A stretch of DNA of 64,000 nucleotides from Nannocystales bacterium (lineage in GTDB: Bacteria > Myxococcota_A > Polyangia > Nannocystales > Nannocystaceae): the NCBI GenBank assembly GCA_050633305.1, contig JBOEGF010000026.1, positions 20,600 to 84,599 on the forward strand. The letters are read 5' to 3'. Shown here piece by piece: positions 42,245-52,100 of the stretch. Under the pieces are notes generated by a model. That model did no database searches. It had not been told where the DNA came from and saw only the letters and a program-made list of their open reading frames with translations. Positions within the stretch are counted from its first letter, which is position 1, and the number at the start of each line of letters is the position of its first letter. Position numbers and translations under genes: made by a program.

Positions 42245-43987
42245 CTACTCGTCGTCGCCCAGACCGCGGATGCTGTTGTTGCGGCAATCTTGGTCCGTTC
42301 GAGCGCACTTGAAGCGAACATGGATGTGCCCAACGTGTCCGGTGGAGTGCGAGACGATCGCGCCTCCGGCTCCGCGGCCCCGCGGCCACTGAATCTTCGC
42401 GAGTTCTTCCTCCGTCGCGCCCATCTCGACAGCCGCGCGATAGAGCTTCTCGTGCAGCGGGTAGTCGAGGAAGATCTTGATCACCTCGCCGGTCTCCATC
42501 AGTGCGCGTACCAGCCCCCACGTCGCGTACCAGTCGACCTCGCTCGACAAGGGCTTGCGCTCCCGCTCTTTCCCGGTGCCGAGGTACTTGTGCTTGTAGA
42601 CGCCCTTGAGCGTCGGCATCCAGATGTCGATGTCGCGGCCTGCTTGGTGAGACTTGTGCGGCGGAAACTTGCCGCCATTGCGCCGGGACATGTCCGCGAG
42701 CACGAGTTCGTGGTCGAATGTGAGGTCTTGGCGGAACCGGGCAATGGCCTTGAGCAGCGTCTCGATCGTGTGGCTCGAGCCCCACATGATGTTTTTGTAC
42801 CGCCGGATGTACAGCGGGCTCTCGGGGATCTGGACGCCATTCTTGAGCTTGCCCTGGTTGGGCGCGCCCACCGAGATGGCGCCCGCTCGAATCTCGAACT
42901 CGGGCAGCTCCAGCGTCTCCGAGCGCCGGGTGTATGGCTTGGGGTTGATCCACACCGCGATGCGCTGGCCCTCCCGAAGCTCCTCGACGCCCGGGTTGTA
43001 CGAACGCAGCTTCGACGGGTCGACGTCGAAGCGCTCGCTCAGTGACTTCCAGTCGTAGTCTCGGTCGAGTTCGAAGTCGATGAGCTGCTGCGGCAGCGGG
43101 ACCTTGGCCGCGTGGATCCTCAGCTTGAGTCCGGTCTCGATCTCAGGTGCGTCGGGGTTGAGTTCGTTCCAGCGCGCCACGTTCGAGACCGTCGCCCCGT
43201 AGCGGCGGGCGATGTCGTCGATCGACTCCGCGGGGATGACCTTGTGCTCGACCCACGTCAGCTCGACTGCGGGTTCGGCCGCCCGCTTGGTCTGGAGCGG
43301 AAGCGGTTCGAGTTTGGGCTCGTCGTCGTCGGCGGTGGCCACCGGAGTCTCGTCGCCGCTCTCCCAGGGCTTCGTGAACCACAGACCGCCCGCCACGATC
43401 GCTGTGAGTGCGAAGACTCCAAGTCCGATGCCCACGCGTCGACTCGTGCCGCGGCGAGTGCTCGCATTGACGAAGGCTGTGACGATCGGATCGACGGGCC
43501 CGCCTCGAAGGTGCTCGCGGGCTTCGGTGAGCAGGCGGCCGCGAAGCAGCTCGGAGCCAGAGCGTCCGCCCGTATCCCAACGTTGCGCCCATCCGCGCAG
43601 GCGATCTGTGTAGCGGTCGTCCGCCGTCATCGACCGCTGCCGAAGGACCGGGCCATGGGGGCCGACCATCGGCTGAACGCTGCGGCGTGCCTCCTCCGCC
43701 AGGCTCACCAACTCGAGCAGGAACGGACCGATGTAGACCCGGTCGCCCTCGTTAAGCTGGCGTGGCTCGCCGAGAAACTCGTTGTTGATGAACGTGCCGT
43801 TGGGCGTGCCGCGGTCCTTGACCACGATCGCGTGCCCCTCGCGCTCGATCAGCGCGTGTTCTCGCGAGACCGCGTCGTCTTCGAGGACCAGCTCGTTGTG
43901 CGGGTCGCGGCCGATGTTGATGCGGTCCGGCTCGATCGGGACGGTCCAGGCATGGCCGTCTTTCCGCGTGACTCGAAGCACCTGCAT
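42245..43987 (-). CDS. FHA + TM + LysM + penicillin-insensitive murein endopeptidase (MepA-like)
   Basis: Likely ATG at 43987. FHA (IGRDPHNELVL....VSREHA...NGTFIN), TM, LysM (HKVIPAESIDDIARRYG......RWN), and LAS motifs HKSHQAGRDID and HVGHIHVR. Confidence 0.88.
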   Translation of the reverse strand: MQVLRVTRKDGHAWTVPIEPDRINIGRDPHNELVLEDDAVSREHALIEREGHAIVVKDRGTPNGTFINNEFLGEPRQLNEGDRVYIGPFLLELVSLAEEARRSVQPMVGPHGPVLRQRSMTADDRYTDRLRGWAQRWDTGGRSGSELLRGRLLTEAREHLRGGPVDPIVTAFVNASTRRGTSRRVGIGLGVFALTAIVAGGLWFTKPWESGDETPVATADDDEPKLEPLPLQTKRAAEPAVELTWVEHKVIPAESIDDIARRYGATVSNVARWNELNPDAPEIETGLKLRIHAAKVPLPQQLIDFELDRDYDWKSLSERFDVDPSKLRSYNPGVEELREGQRIAVWINPKPYTRRSETLELPEFEIRAGAISVGAPNQGKLKNGVQIPESPLYIRRYKNIMWGSSHTIETLLKAIARFRQDLTFDHELVLADMSRRNGGKFPPHKSHQAGRDIDIWMPTLKGVYKHKYLGTGKERERKPLSSEVDWYATWGLVRALMETGEVIKIFLDYPLHEKLYRAAVEMGATEEELAKIQWPRGRGAGGAIVSHSTGHVGHIHVRFKCARTDQDCRNNSIRGLGDDE

Positions 43988-44127
43988 CGGGCTCCCCAGG
44001 CTAGCAGCCCCTCTCGCGACCCCGCCACGACACCACGCCGGCCTTCGGTGCATCATGCGCTTATTGCGCCGAAACGGAGCCAAAGTTGACGTGGACCGCC
44101 CAGTGTGGTCTGAGCGTTTTGGCCTGT

Positions 44128-44688
44128 ATGCCCGACAATTCCCGTCAGGAGCGCCGCTTCGATCTCGAAGCCGAAAAGCGAAGTCGACGCAACTTCATGT
44201 TGATGATCGTCGGCTTCGCCTTGCTCGCGATGGTCGGCGGTGTCGCCTTGGCGTTGTGGGTGCTCTCGCCTCCCGATGAGGATCCAGTTCTGCCGCTGAC
44301 CAAGGTCGAGGCTCCCGTCGCCGACCCGACCGGGTTCGAGCCCTTCGAGGAAGACGAGGAGCCCGAACCCGAGGTCAAGCGAGTCCGCAAGGGCGTGAAG
44401 CGTCAGCTGGACAAGGGCGACGTCGACAGCGGGCTTGGCAGGATCCGGGCTGCGCTCAACCAGTGCTCCGCCAAGCATGGCGCCATCGACAAGACCCTGG
44501 TGACCGTGGACTTCAGCGTCGCGGCCAACGGTCGCGTGACCGAAGCCTACTCTCGGACCCCGCACTCCAAGACCCCGCTGGGGCTGTGTGTCGCGAAGGT
44601 GATCCGTCAGAAGGCGAAGTTCCGCAAGACGAAGGAAGGGCTCGGCGATATTCGCCGAACCCTGACGCTGCGCCGAACTTCGCTGTAG
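44128..44688 (+). CDS. Single-TM protein with AgmX/PglI (TonB_C-like) C-terminal domain
   Basis: ATG at 44128, one TM, acidic linker, then C..KHGAI...V.FSVA.NGRVT...PH..TPLG.CV. Confidence 0.7.
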   Translation: MPDNSRQERRFDLEAEKRSRRNFMLMIVGFALLAMVGGVALALWVLSPPDEDPVLPLTKVEAPVADPTGFEPFEEDEEPEPEVKRVRKGVKRQLDKGDVDSGLGRIRAALNQCSAKHGAIDKTLVTVDFSVAANGRVTEAYSRTPHSKTPLGLCVAKVIRQKAKFRKTKEGLGDIRRTLTLRRTSL

Positions 44689-44726
44689 GGACGCCGTTCT
44701 ACGGGAGGGCCTGAGCTGGAGGGCTA

Positions 44727-44890
44727 AACCAGTCCCGGAGAAGTGTGTCGTGCAACAGATACGGGCCGCGGTCGACGGCTGGTCTGCAAATGTCGAGCCC
44801 GCGAAACCTCTAGCCTGACACCACGCTGTACCGCTGTACGTCACGGTTCGCTGCGTGCAGCGAAGCTACCGCCTTGTTCCCCATAAACGT
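44727..44890 (+). pseudogene. Decayed 5' fragment of the RAYT-like transposase, including its upstream end motif
   Basis: Aligns by eye to about 46058-46212. ATG at 44790, TAG at 44811 replacing TAT, an 8-bp duplication CGCTGTAC at 44824-44839, then VTVRCVQRSYRLVPHKR versus VTVRTVHRSYRLVPKKR. Confidence 0.88.
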
Positions 44891-45015
44891 CTTCGGTCCG
44901 CGAAAGCGACGGACCGGGCACGCCTGGCGCGGCACCTGCTTCACGTCTTCCTGACGCGTCTCCCCACTCTCCGGTTTGAAACGGAGGCTACGACAGGTCT
45001 GCCACCCCTCCTTCT

Positions 45016-45843
45016 TCAGCCGTCCGCACACATCTGGTATGCACGAGTTTCTTCGAGACAGTTTCCATTGTACGGATCTGGGGGGTCGTCACCTATGAAG
45101 TTGCTGTCGCCGTAGCTCCCGCAGAGCTCGTAATCCCCATGACACTCGTGCAGCCAATATAAGAAATCGTTGCAGCTGAGCGCGAGTGCGCAAGTCATGC
45201 TTTGCACCGCAAGATCGCCACATCCATCGTCGCTTGCGGGACACAAGAGGACCGGTGGGGGACCATCTGGATTCGCGTTGAAGGCCGAGCAGAGGAACGA
45301 ACTCTCGACACCTTCGCAGCAATCCTGGAGTTTCGCTTCCCAAGGAATACAAGGCGCTGACTCCGCGCACTCGTTGTCCAAGGTGCAGACGCGCGTGTTG
45401 TCCCAAAATGAACAGTCGGCGTCGACTGCGCATTCGAGACACTCTACCGCTCCTGGCGAAGTTTCGTGCAGTCCACGGATCGCCGCTCGGCAATCTGACC
45501 AACAAACCGACGGATCGAACTCGTCCCAGCAAGAGCCTGTTCCTCCGTAGGACCCAACAATGCCGGATAGTGGCTGTTGAAGCGCGGTCGCGCAATCGAT
45601 CAGGCGACCACAAACGCCGAGTTCCGGGCCATCATCGACGCCACCTGTCGTTGGTACGGCTGTTGTCGCCGCCGAAGTCTCAGCTTCGGAGAACCCGGTC
45701 GCATCTGCGGAACCGGGGCTGCCCGATGAGGATATTGAAGGACCGCTTGGTTCGGTGCTTGAGCTCGCGGCTCGACTGCCTGAGTCGCTACTACCACACG
45801 CCGATAGAATCACGATGTAGACAGCAAGGGAGGGCGGTCGCAT
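45016..45843 (-). CDS. Cys-rich hypothetical lipoprotein of visibly lower GC
   Basis: Likely ATG at 45843, lipobox LSAC, S/T-rich linker, many cysteines; more A/T-ending codons than neighbours. Confidence 0.7.
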   Translation of the reverse strand: MRPPSLAVYIVILSACGSSDSGSRAASSSTEPSGPSISSSGSPGSADATGFSEAETSAATTAVPTTGGVDDGPELGVCGRLIDCATALQQPLSGIVGSYGGTGSCWDEFDPSVCWSDCRAAIRGLHETSPGAVECLECAVDADCSFWDNTRVCTLDNECAESAPCIPWEAKLQDCCEGVESSFLCSAFNANPDGPPPVLLCPASDDGCGDLAVQSMTCALALSCNDFLYWLHECHGDYELCGSYGDSNFIGDDPPDPYNGNCLEETRAYQMCADG

Positions 45844-45955
45844 TGCGCGGAAGCTAGCACTCCCCCAGAGAACGGCCCAACGCATTCTCCTTCTGGGGTC
45901 ATGTCCGCCAGTCTCTTTGCACACCCTGCCGGCCGTCCGGCTAACGTGCCTCTAT

Positions 45956-46070
45956 GGGCCTGGACCAGTCTGCTGGGGCCTGGACCAGTCTGCTGGGGCT
46001 GGGTGGGGGGAACCAGTCTGGGCTGGGTGGGGGGAACCAGTCTGGGTGGGTGGGGGGAACCAGTCTGGGA
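45956..46070 (+). repeat. Left G-rich tandem array, five ACCAGTCTG cores
   Basis: 2x GGGCCTGGACCAGTCTGCTG (45956-45995), then 3x GGG(C)TGGGTGGGGGGAACCAGTCT (45996-46066). Confidence 0.95.
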
Positions 46071-46119
46071 GAGGTGTTTCGTGCAACAGATGCGGGCCGC
46101 GGTCGACGGCTGGTGTGCA

Positions 46120-47106
46120 ATGTCGAGCCCTCGAAACCTGTATCCTGACACCACGCTGTACGTCACGGTTCGCACCGTTCACCGCAGCTACCGGCTCGTG
46201 CCCAAGAAACGCGTCAACGAGGTCATCCGGTATGCCTTCGCGGTAGTGTCCTCGAGGTACAGGGATGAGTGGGGCATGGAGTTCTACGAGTTTGAGTTCC
46301 TCTCGACGCACTACCACATGGCCGTCTTTGACCGGTTTGGGAAGGTCACCGACTTCCTCAAGGATTTTAACGCGGTTGTCGCCCGTGAGCTGAACGCGAT
46401 TCGCGGCACGAGCGGGAAATTCTTCGACGGCGACCCTGGCATCCAGACCGTCCTGGGCGACGAGAAAGTCCTTGAGCACTGCATCTACACGCTGGCCAAC
46501 GCCGTCGCTGCGGGAATCGTCCACAAAACCGCCCACTGGAAGGGCTTCAACTCCCTCCGGATGCCGTACGGCAAGGAGTATGTCGTGACCAAGCCGCGCA
46601 TCGGCATCTGGTCGAAGAAGAAACAGCACAAGCATCGCCGGAGCTCTCAGCGTTCCGGCCGGGCGGCCTACGCGGACCGCTCGAAGATGCCCGAGACCGC
46701 GGTTCTGATGCTCGACCGGCCCAGAATCATGCCCGAGCTGTCCAACGAGGAACTCCGCGCGAAGATTCGTGAGGGTTTGGAAAGGCGTGAGGTGAAGATT
46801 CGAGCCGAGCGGAAAGGGAACCCGGTCATCGGGATGAAGGCCGCGCGGAGCATCCACTGGTCGACCGTGCCGGCGAAGGGGGAGCAGCTATTCGGTCGGC
46901 AGCCGACGTTTTCGACGCAGACCCTCGCACAGCGGCGCGCCATGAAGCTGCTGCGGCTGCAGTTCTTGGAGGAGTACCGACTCGCGCTTGCGCGCTGGAA
47001 CGCGGGGGAGCGTGATGTCGTGTTCCCTGCGGGTACAGTTCGGATGCGGCTGCGCCACAACGCGCTGACCGAGCCGGTCTCGCTGGACCTGCTCCTGGCC
47101 GCCTAG
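46120..47106 (+). mobile_element. HUH (Y1) REP-associated tyrosine transposase-like gene (RAYT / TnpA-REP type)
   Basis: MSSPR...YVTVRT, FLSTHYH (HUH), GKFF, YTLANAVAAG (catalytic Tyr, NPV-like), C-terminal VFPAGT..MR. ATG at 46120; flanked by inverted repeat arrays. Confidence 0.82.
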
Positions 47107-47298
47107 GTCAGGGGGAAAACCTGAATCCGCAGAAGGCGAGCCTCGGCTCGTCCGTTCGTGTTGGTTCGACGAACTCAGGGGCGCCCCGGCCCTGGCCGTC
47201 AGGTGCAGGGTCTACGTCCCGGAGGGACGAGGGGCAGCCGGGTGTTCGAGGGACGCGATACGTCCGAGTGTCGCTGAGGCTTTGGCACGCCGGTAGCG

Positions 47299-47417
47299 CT
47301 ACACACAGCTTCCAGACTGGGTCCCCCTCCTCCAGACTGGGTCCCCCTCCTCCGCCAGACTGGGTCCCCCCCTTCCTCCCTACACACAGCTTCCAGACTG
47401 GGTCCCCCTCCCAGTCT
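47299..47417 (-). repeat. Right C-rich tandem array, inverted relative to the left array
   Basis: CCAGACTGGGTCCCCC at 47312, 47332, 47355 and 47393. A 32-bp direct repeat CTACACACAGCTTCCAGACTGGGTCCCCCTCC at 47299-47330 and 47380-47411. Confidence 0.95.
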
Positions 47418-47418
47418 C

Positions 47419-48054
47419 TCACCGCCCCGGTCGAACGCCTTCCTGCGGCGCCGCGATCACCTCAATATCGATGTCCTCCCGCTTCTTCACCTCCAACCCG
47501 ACCGACGCCGCATGCCCGCGCGTCGTGAAGTACACAGCTGTCGCATCGGTCCGCGAGTAGATCTTCGTGCGCTCCATCGTCTTCCGCGGTGAGACCCGCT
47601 TGCGGTAGACCGTCGCCTCGCCGTACCCCGCCAGCGTTGGAACCCGGAACAGGCGAAACAGTCCATCCGAGGTGCGGACGAATCCGTACGCGCACTCGAC
47701 CTCGGCGCAACGCTCGTCGAAGCTCACCCAAAGCACGGGCTCACCGTCCAGTTCCTCGCGCTTGATCACGGCGCCGGGGAGCTTACGCTTGACCTCGACC
47801 TCGATGCGTTTCCCGCGGAACCCTGCCTCGACGGTGCCCGCAGATCCGCTGACATCGGTCGCCTGACCGAGGGCCCGGCTGTAGACGGCGACGAAGCCGA
47901 TGTTGGGGTAGACGCGAAGTTTCTTGAGCTCGGGGTCGCTGGACGCGATTTCATAGAGCACGTTTCGGGTGACGTACTCCCGAGAGACGCATCCGCTCAA
48001 CGTGGCGAGCGCCGTGAGCAGGAGGGCGGTGGAGAGTCGCTTGAAGATCGGCAT
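47419..48054 (-). CDS. Hypothetical lipoprotein (paralog of 38340-38951)
   Basis: Likely ATG at 48054, lipobox LSGC, LWVSFDERC...CAYGFV.T.DG..RL motif. Confidence 0.7.
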   Translation of the reverse strand: MPIFKRLSTALLLTALATLSGCVSREYVTRNVLYEIASSDPELKKLRVYPNIGFVAVYSRALGQATDVSGSAGTVEAGFRGKRIEVEVKRKLPGAVIKREELDGEPVLWVSFDERCAEVECAYGFVRTSDGLFRLFRVPTLAGYGEATVYRKRVSPRKTMERTKIYSRTDATAVYFTTRGHAASVGLEVKKREDIDIEVIAAPQEGVRPGR

Positions 48055-48109
48055 CGGGGCTCGTGGCCGCGTCAGCTTAGAATTGACGCGGCGAGACTGC
48101 GAGGGGACC

Positions 48110-49084
48110 ATGCCACCCATGTCGTCTTTGCCCCGCATCGTTTCGGTGCTCCTGGGGATCATTCTCGCAGCGCCGGTCGCCGCACCCGCAACCGCTCGTG
48201 CCCAGTCCGGTGCCCAACGCATGGACCAGCCCAGCGACATGCCGGGGGAGGCCGCCGATGAAGCCACCCGCCTCAACGCGGAGGCTCAGCAGATGTTTGC
48301 GGACGGGAACTACGTGGAAGCGGCCCGGACGTACGCGCGGATCCTCGAGGTTCTCCCCGAAAACCGGGTGAACCTGGAGGAGCGGGACAACTCGCTGCTG
48401 ATCGCACTTGAGGTCTACCGAGAGGCCTACAAGCAGCAACGAGTCGTGGGGGACAAGGAGGCCACCCGAACCGCTGCCAAGCTCCTCTGTGTCGCCAAAG
48501 GCCACTACGACACGTATCTGGAGACGTATCGGGAGGTCTACGGCGGGGCGATGAACCCGAGCAAGGCAGCGCTCGAGTCCAACGACGAGCTGCAGAAGAT
48601 GCTGGACGATGCGGAGTCGGAGTTGGGCGCGCCGGCGTGCGGACCACCGCCGCCCGTGGAAGTCGAGCCGACGCCGCCAGTGTTGCCGCCTCTGGGCCCC
48701 GAGCGCTTGCCGCCTCCTGGGCCCTCTGGAATGGGGCTGATCGTTGCAGGCGCCCTCACGATGACCGCCGGTCTCGGCGCGAGCTCGATGATCATCATCG
48801 GTGGCATCAACCGCCGAAAGGCCAGGAGGGTGCTCGACCGCGAAAACGGCGAGGACGCGACCGAGGCCGAGATGAGCATGCTCGAGGCCGAACACAAGCT
48901 CGCCCGGGAAAACCGGACCCGGGCCAATGGCCTGATCATCGCGGGTTCCGTGACCACGGCCGTGCTGCTCGCGGGCGGCGCCACAATGCTCGGGATCGGC
49001 ATCCGGCGCAGACTGCGCTACATGGCATTTGCGCCAAACATGGGCCGCGGCTACGTCGGTTTGAGCCTGCAGGGGCGGTTTTAG
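48110..49084 (+). CDS. Exported TPR-like protein with C-terminal hydrophobic segments
   Basis: Signal peptide, A..MF.DGNY.EAA..Y, Pro linker, two TM-like stretches, terminal GLSLQGRF. Confidence 0.7.
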   Translation: MPPMSSLPRIVSVLLGIILAAPVAAPATARAQSGAQRMDQPSDMPGEAADEATRLNAEAQQMFADGNYVEAARTYARILEVLPENRVNLEERDNSLLIALEVYREAYKQQRVVGDKEATRTAAKLLCVAKGHYDTYLETYREVYGGAMNPSKAALESNDELQKMLDDAESELGAPACGPPPPVEVEPTPPVLPPLGPERLPPPGPSGMGLIVAGALTMTAGLGASSMIIIGGINRRKARRVLDRENGEDATEAEMSMLEAEHKLARENRTRANGLIIAGSVTTAVLLAGGATMLGIGIRRRLRYMAFAPNMGRGYVGLSLQGRF

Positions 49085-49132
49085 AATCTCGGACCCCTTC
49101 TACGCGTATGCCTAGAGGACACATGGGCGGAC

Positions 49133-52100
49133 ATGTCAGGTAAGCGGCTCCTCTTGGTAGGGGACATGGTCTCGGGCATGTCCGATGCGGTCACGCCGTA
49201 CGTCGGTCAGCTCATGGATCCGGCCGCGGGTGGCGGCGCGCCGCAGACCGCAGCGATGGAGTCCGCATCCGCGCCCCCGTCAGCGGGTGGTTGCGTCATG
49301 ACGGTCAATGGCCTTCCCGTGGCGCATGCGGGATGCGTATCGATGGCCACCCCGCCACTCCCGCAAGCCCGCCCTTTGGCGTTCTGCTCCGGGATCACGC
49401 TCAACGGCAAGCCTCTTCTGGTCGAACTCGGGTTGTTCATGGCCACGCCCATGGGCTCGCTGGCCTCGACCGCGGTCACGCAGCAGTCGGTCCGCTGTAG
49501 CAAGGCGGTCTCGGCGTCCTCGGGCGCGGACGCGCAGGGGTCGACGACGTCCAGTGCGGGTGCGGGTGCGGGATCCGCCGGCGGCGCCGCGCCGCGCGGC
49601 GACTACGCGGAGCCGAGCGCGGAGCACGTGATGGCGTCGCGGATCTCGACCGCCCGGTTGGCGGACATTCTTCCTCCCGAGTACCAGCACCTCGTGGGCG
49701 ACCCGGTGGATGTCGCGACGGGGGCCGTGGTCACCTGGCAGGTCGACGACAACTCTCCCCGTTTCGGTCTGCAGTTCGAGCGACGCTACGACTCCCACCG
49801 AAGCGACCGCGAGAGCGTGCTGGGCTGGGGTTGGGCCCACAATTACGACCAGACGTTGTGGCTCGAACCTGGGCGAGTGGTGCTTCGCGACGGCGGACGG
49901 GAGATCGAGTTCGACACGTTCGACCTCCTCGATCAGGTCACCCGCGCCGGCGACGTGCTCCACGACCCGACCGGCCGCCTCACGCTCACCAGTCACGGTC
50001 GCAACGCGTGGGAGCTGTTCGACGGCACCTGCACCCGTTACTTCCTGCCGATGCCCGGCACCTCCGGGAAGGACAAAGATCGCGGCCTGGCGATGCTGTC
50101 CACGATCGCGCGGACCGGCCAACCGTTGGTGGAGCTGCACTACGACGACCGGGCTCGCCTCACCTCGGTCCGTACGGATGGCCAGGCGGTGTTCTCGCTC
50201 CGCTACAACCGCGATGGGCAGCTCGAGTCGGTCAACGATCGCGTCATGCGGTACGCTTACTCCGCGGCCGGGGATCTCACCGAAGCCCGCGATCTCGAGG
50301 GGCACGCGCGGGAGTACGAGTACGGCTCGCATCTTCTCGTCCGCGAGACGAACCGCCGCGGTGGCGCCTTCCACTATGGCTACGACGGCCACAGTGCGGG
50401 ATCCCGATGCGTCCGGACCTGGGGCGACGAAGGGCGACTCCACCGCATGATCTCCTACGAGGGCGGGGCCACACTGGTCACCGACAGCCTCGGAGAACGG
50501 ACGACCTACGGTCTGTCACCGATCGGGCTGGTCACCTCGGTGACCGATCCGCTGGGTCTGGAGACCAAGTACGAGTACGACGATCAGCTCCGCCTCACGG
50601 TGGTTCGTCACCCCGATTCGACCCGCTCCGTCGACCTCTACGACGATGCGGGCAACGTGGTGAAACACCGCGAACACGGCGGCGCGACGTGGCAGATGGA
50701 ATACGACCATGGCGGCCGAATTGTGGCCGGGGTCGACGCCTGCGGCGGGCGTTGGGAGTTCGGCCACGACCTCGACGGGCGGCTGTGCCGGGTCCAAGAC
50801 CCCGAGCACCACATCTTCCGCATGGAGTACGCCCAGGGCCGTCTGAGCAAGATCATCGATCCGCTAGGACGGGTCCTCGAGGTGTCGCTGGGGGTCGCCG
50901 ACGAGCTGCTCGAGCTGCGCGCTCCTTGGCAGCCCGACATGAGCTTCGAGTACGACGGGACCGGCCGGCTCACGGGCGCCTCGACCGAGTCAGGCGACGA
51001 GGCCCGGTGGTATTACGACGGCGCGGGCCAGCTGGTGGGGGCGATGCGCGGCGGAACGCTGACGCAGTGGCGTCGTGATCCCGAAGGCTCCGTCACCCAG
51101 CGCCAGAGCGACCAGGAGCTCGAGGTCTACGCTCGCGATTCGTTCGGCCGTCTGCTTCGGCGTCATGGTGACGGTGTCGACATCTCGTACCGGTACGACA
51201 CCGAAGACCGTTGCTTGCAGGCTCGCTGCGAGGGCGGGCCTCGCGTTGACTTTGTTCGCGACGCAACCGGTCTGGTGTCGAGTTACAGCGTCGATGGGGG
51301 CGAGCCCACCGAGTTGGAGCGCAGCGATGGGGTGCTCACGGCGGTCGTGAGTGACGAGCGACGGGTCACCATGTCGTGGGACGGGGCAGGGCGGTTGTTG
51401 TCCTGCACCGACGCTGAGGGCACCCGAACCTATACCTACGACGAGGGCGGGCTTCTTCGCGGGTTCTCGACCGCCGACCACGCCTGCACGCTCAAGCGCA
51501 ATGGTGTGGGCGTGGTGGTGTCGCAGACCGTTGGTGAGGACGTCGTGGCCAGCCCCGACGTCGACTACCGCGGAAACCGCTACGGGCTCGACCTTCCCGG
51601 CGGCACGTCGATCTTCTACCTGTGGTCGTCGGCAGGGGCGGTCGAGCGGATCGGCTTGGTCGGCGAAGTGGCGTTTGAGATCGACCTCGAGGTTTCACCG
51701 GACGGCTCGCGAGGTGTTGCGCGCCATGGCGACGCACGAACCGAATACTCGACGGTCCCCGGTGAGCATGAGTCGCCGGTCTCGGCTTCGGCGGGGACGC
51801 CGACAGACGCCCTATTTCGGCCACTGAGCAGTGCTGACGGCGAGCCCCTGATTTGGGACGAGAGCCGCCTCGTCCGCGAGGGGGAGGCCGTTCACGTACT
51901 CGCACAGCCCTCCGGAGAGCCGCTCGCCGTCGTCCGTGGCGAGTCTCTGGTGTTCGCGCACAGCGTTGGCGGAAGCGCCCGAGCGGGCTCGGACGAGCTC
52001 GTGGCGGCGTGCGGGCTCGCGCCGGAGCCACTTCCCTCGCGCCTGTTCGAGCTGACCCCCGAGGCTGTCCTTCGCAAGACGTTCCGCCGTCAGGTCTGGG

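Noticed and set aside
45901..46119. N-terminal extension of the transposase ORF (WTSLLG/WVGGTSLG repeats)
   Set aside because: It is read-through of the repeat array. The remnant copy and the family-like start MSSPR support ATG 46120.
44727..46212. Duplicated segment as a DGR template/variable repeat pair
   Set aside because: Differences are not adenine-specific and include indels and a stop; no reverse transcriptase is present.
45956..47417. Repeat arrays as CRISPR
   Set aside because: Units are 16-24 bp, mostly abutting, with no unique spacers of uniform length and no cas genes.
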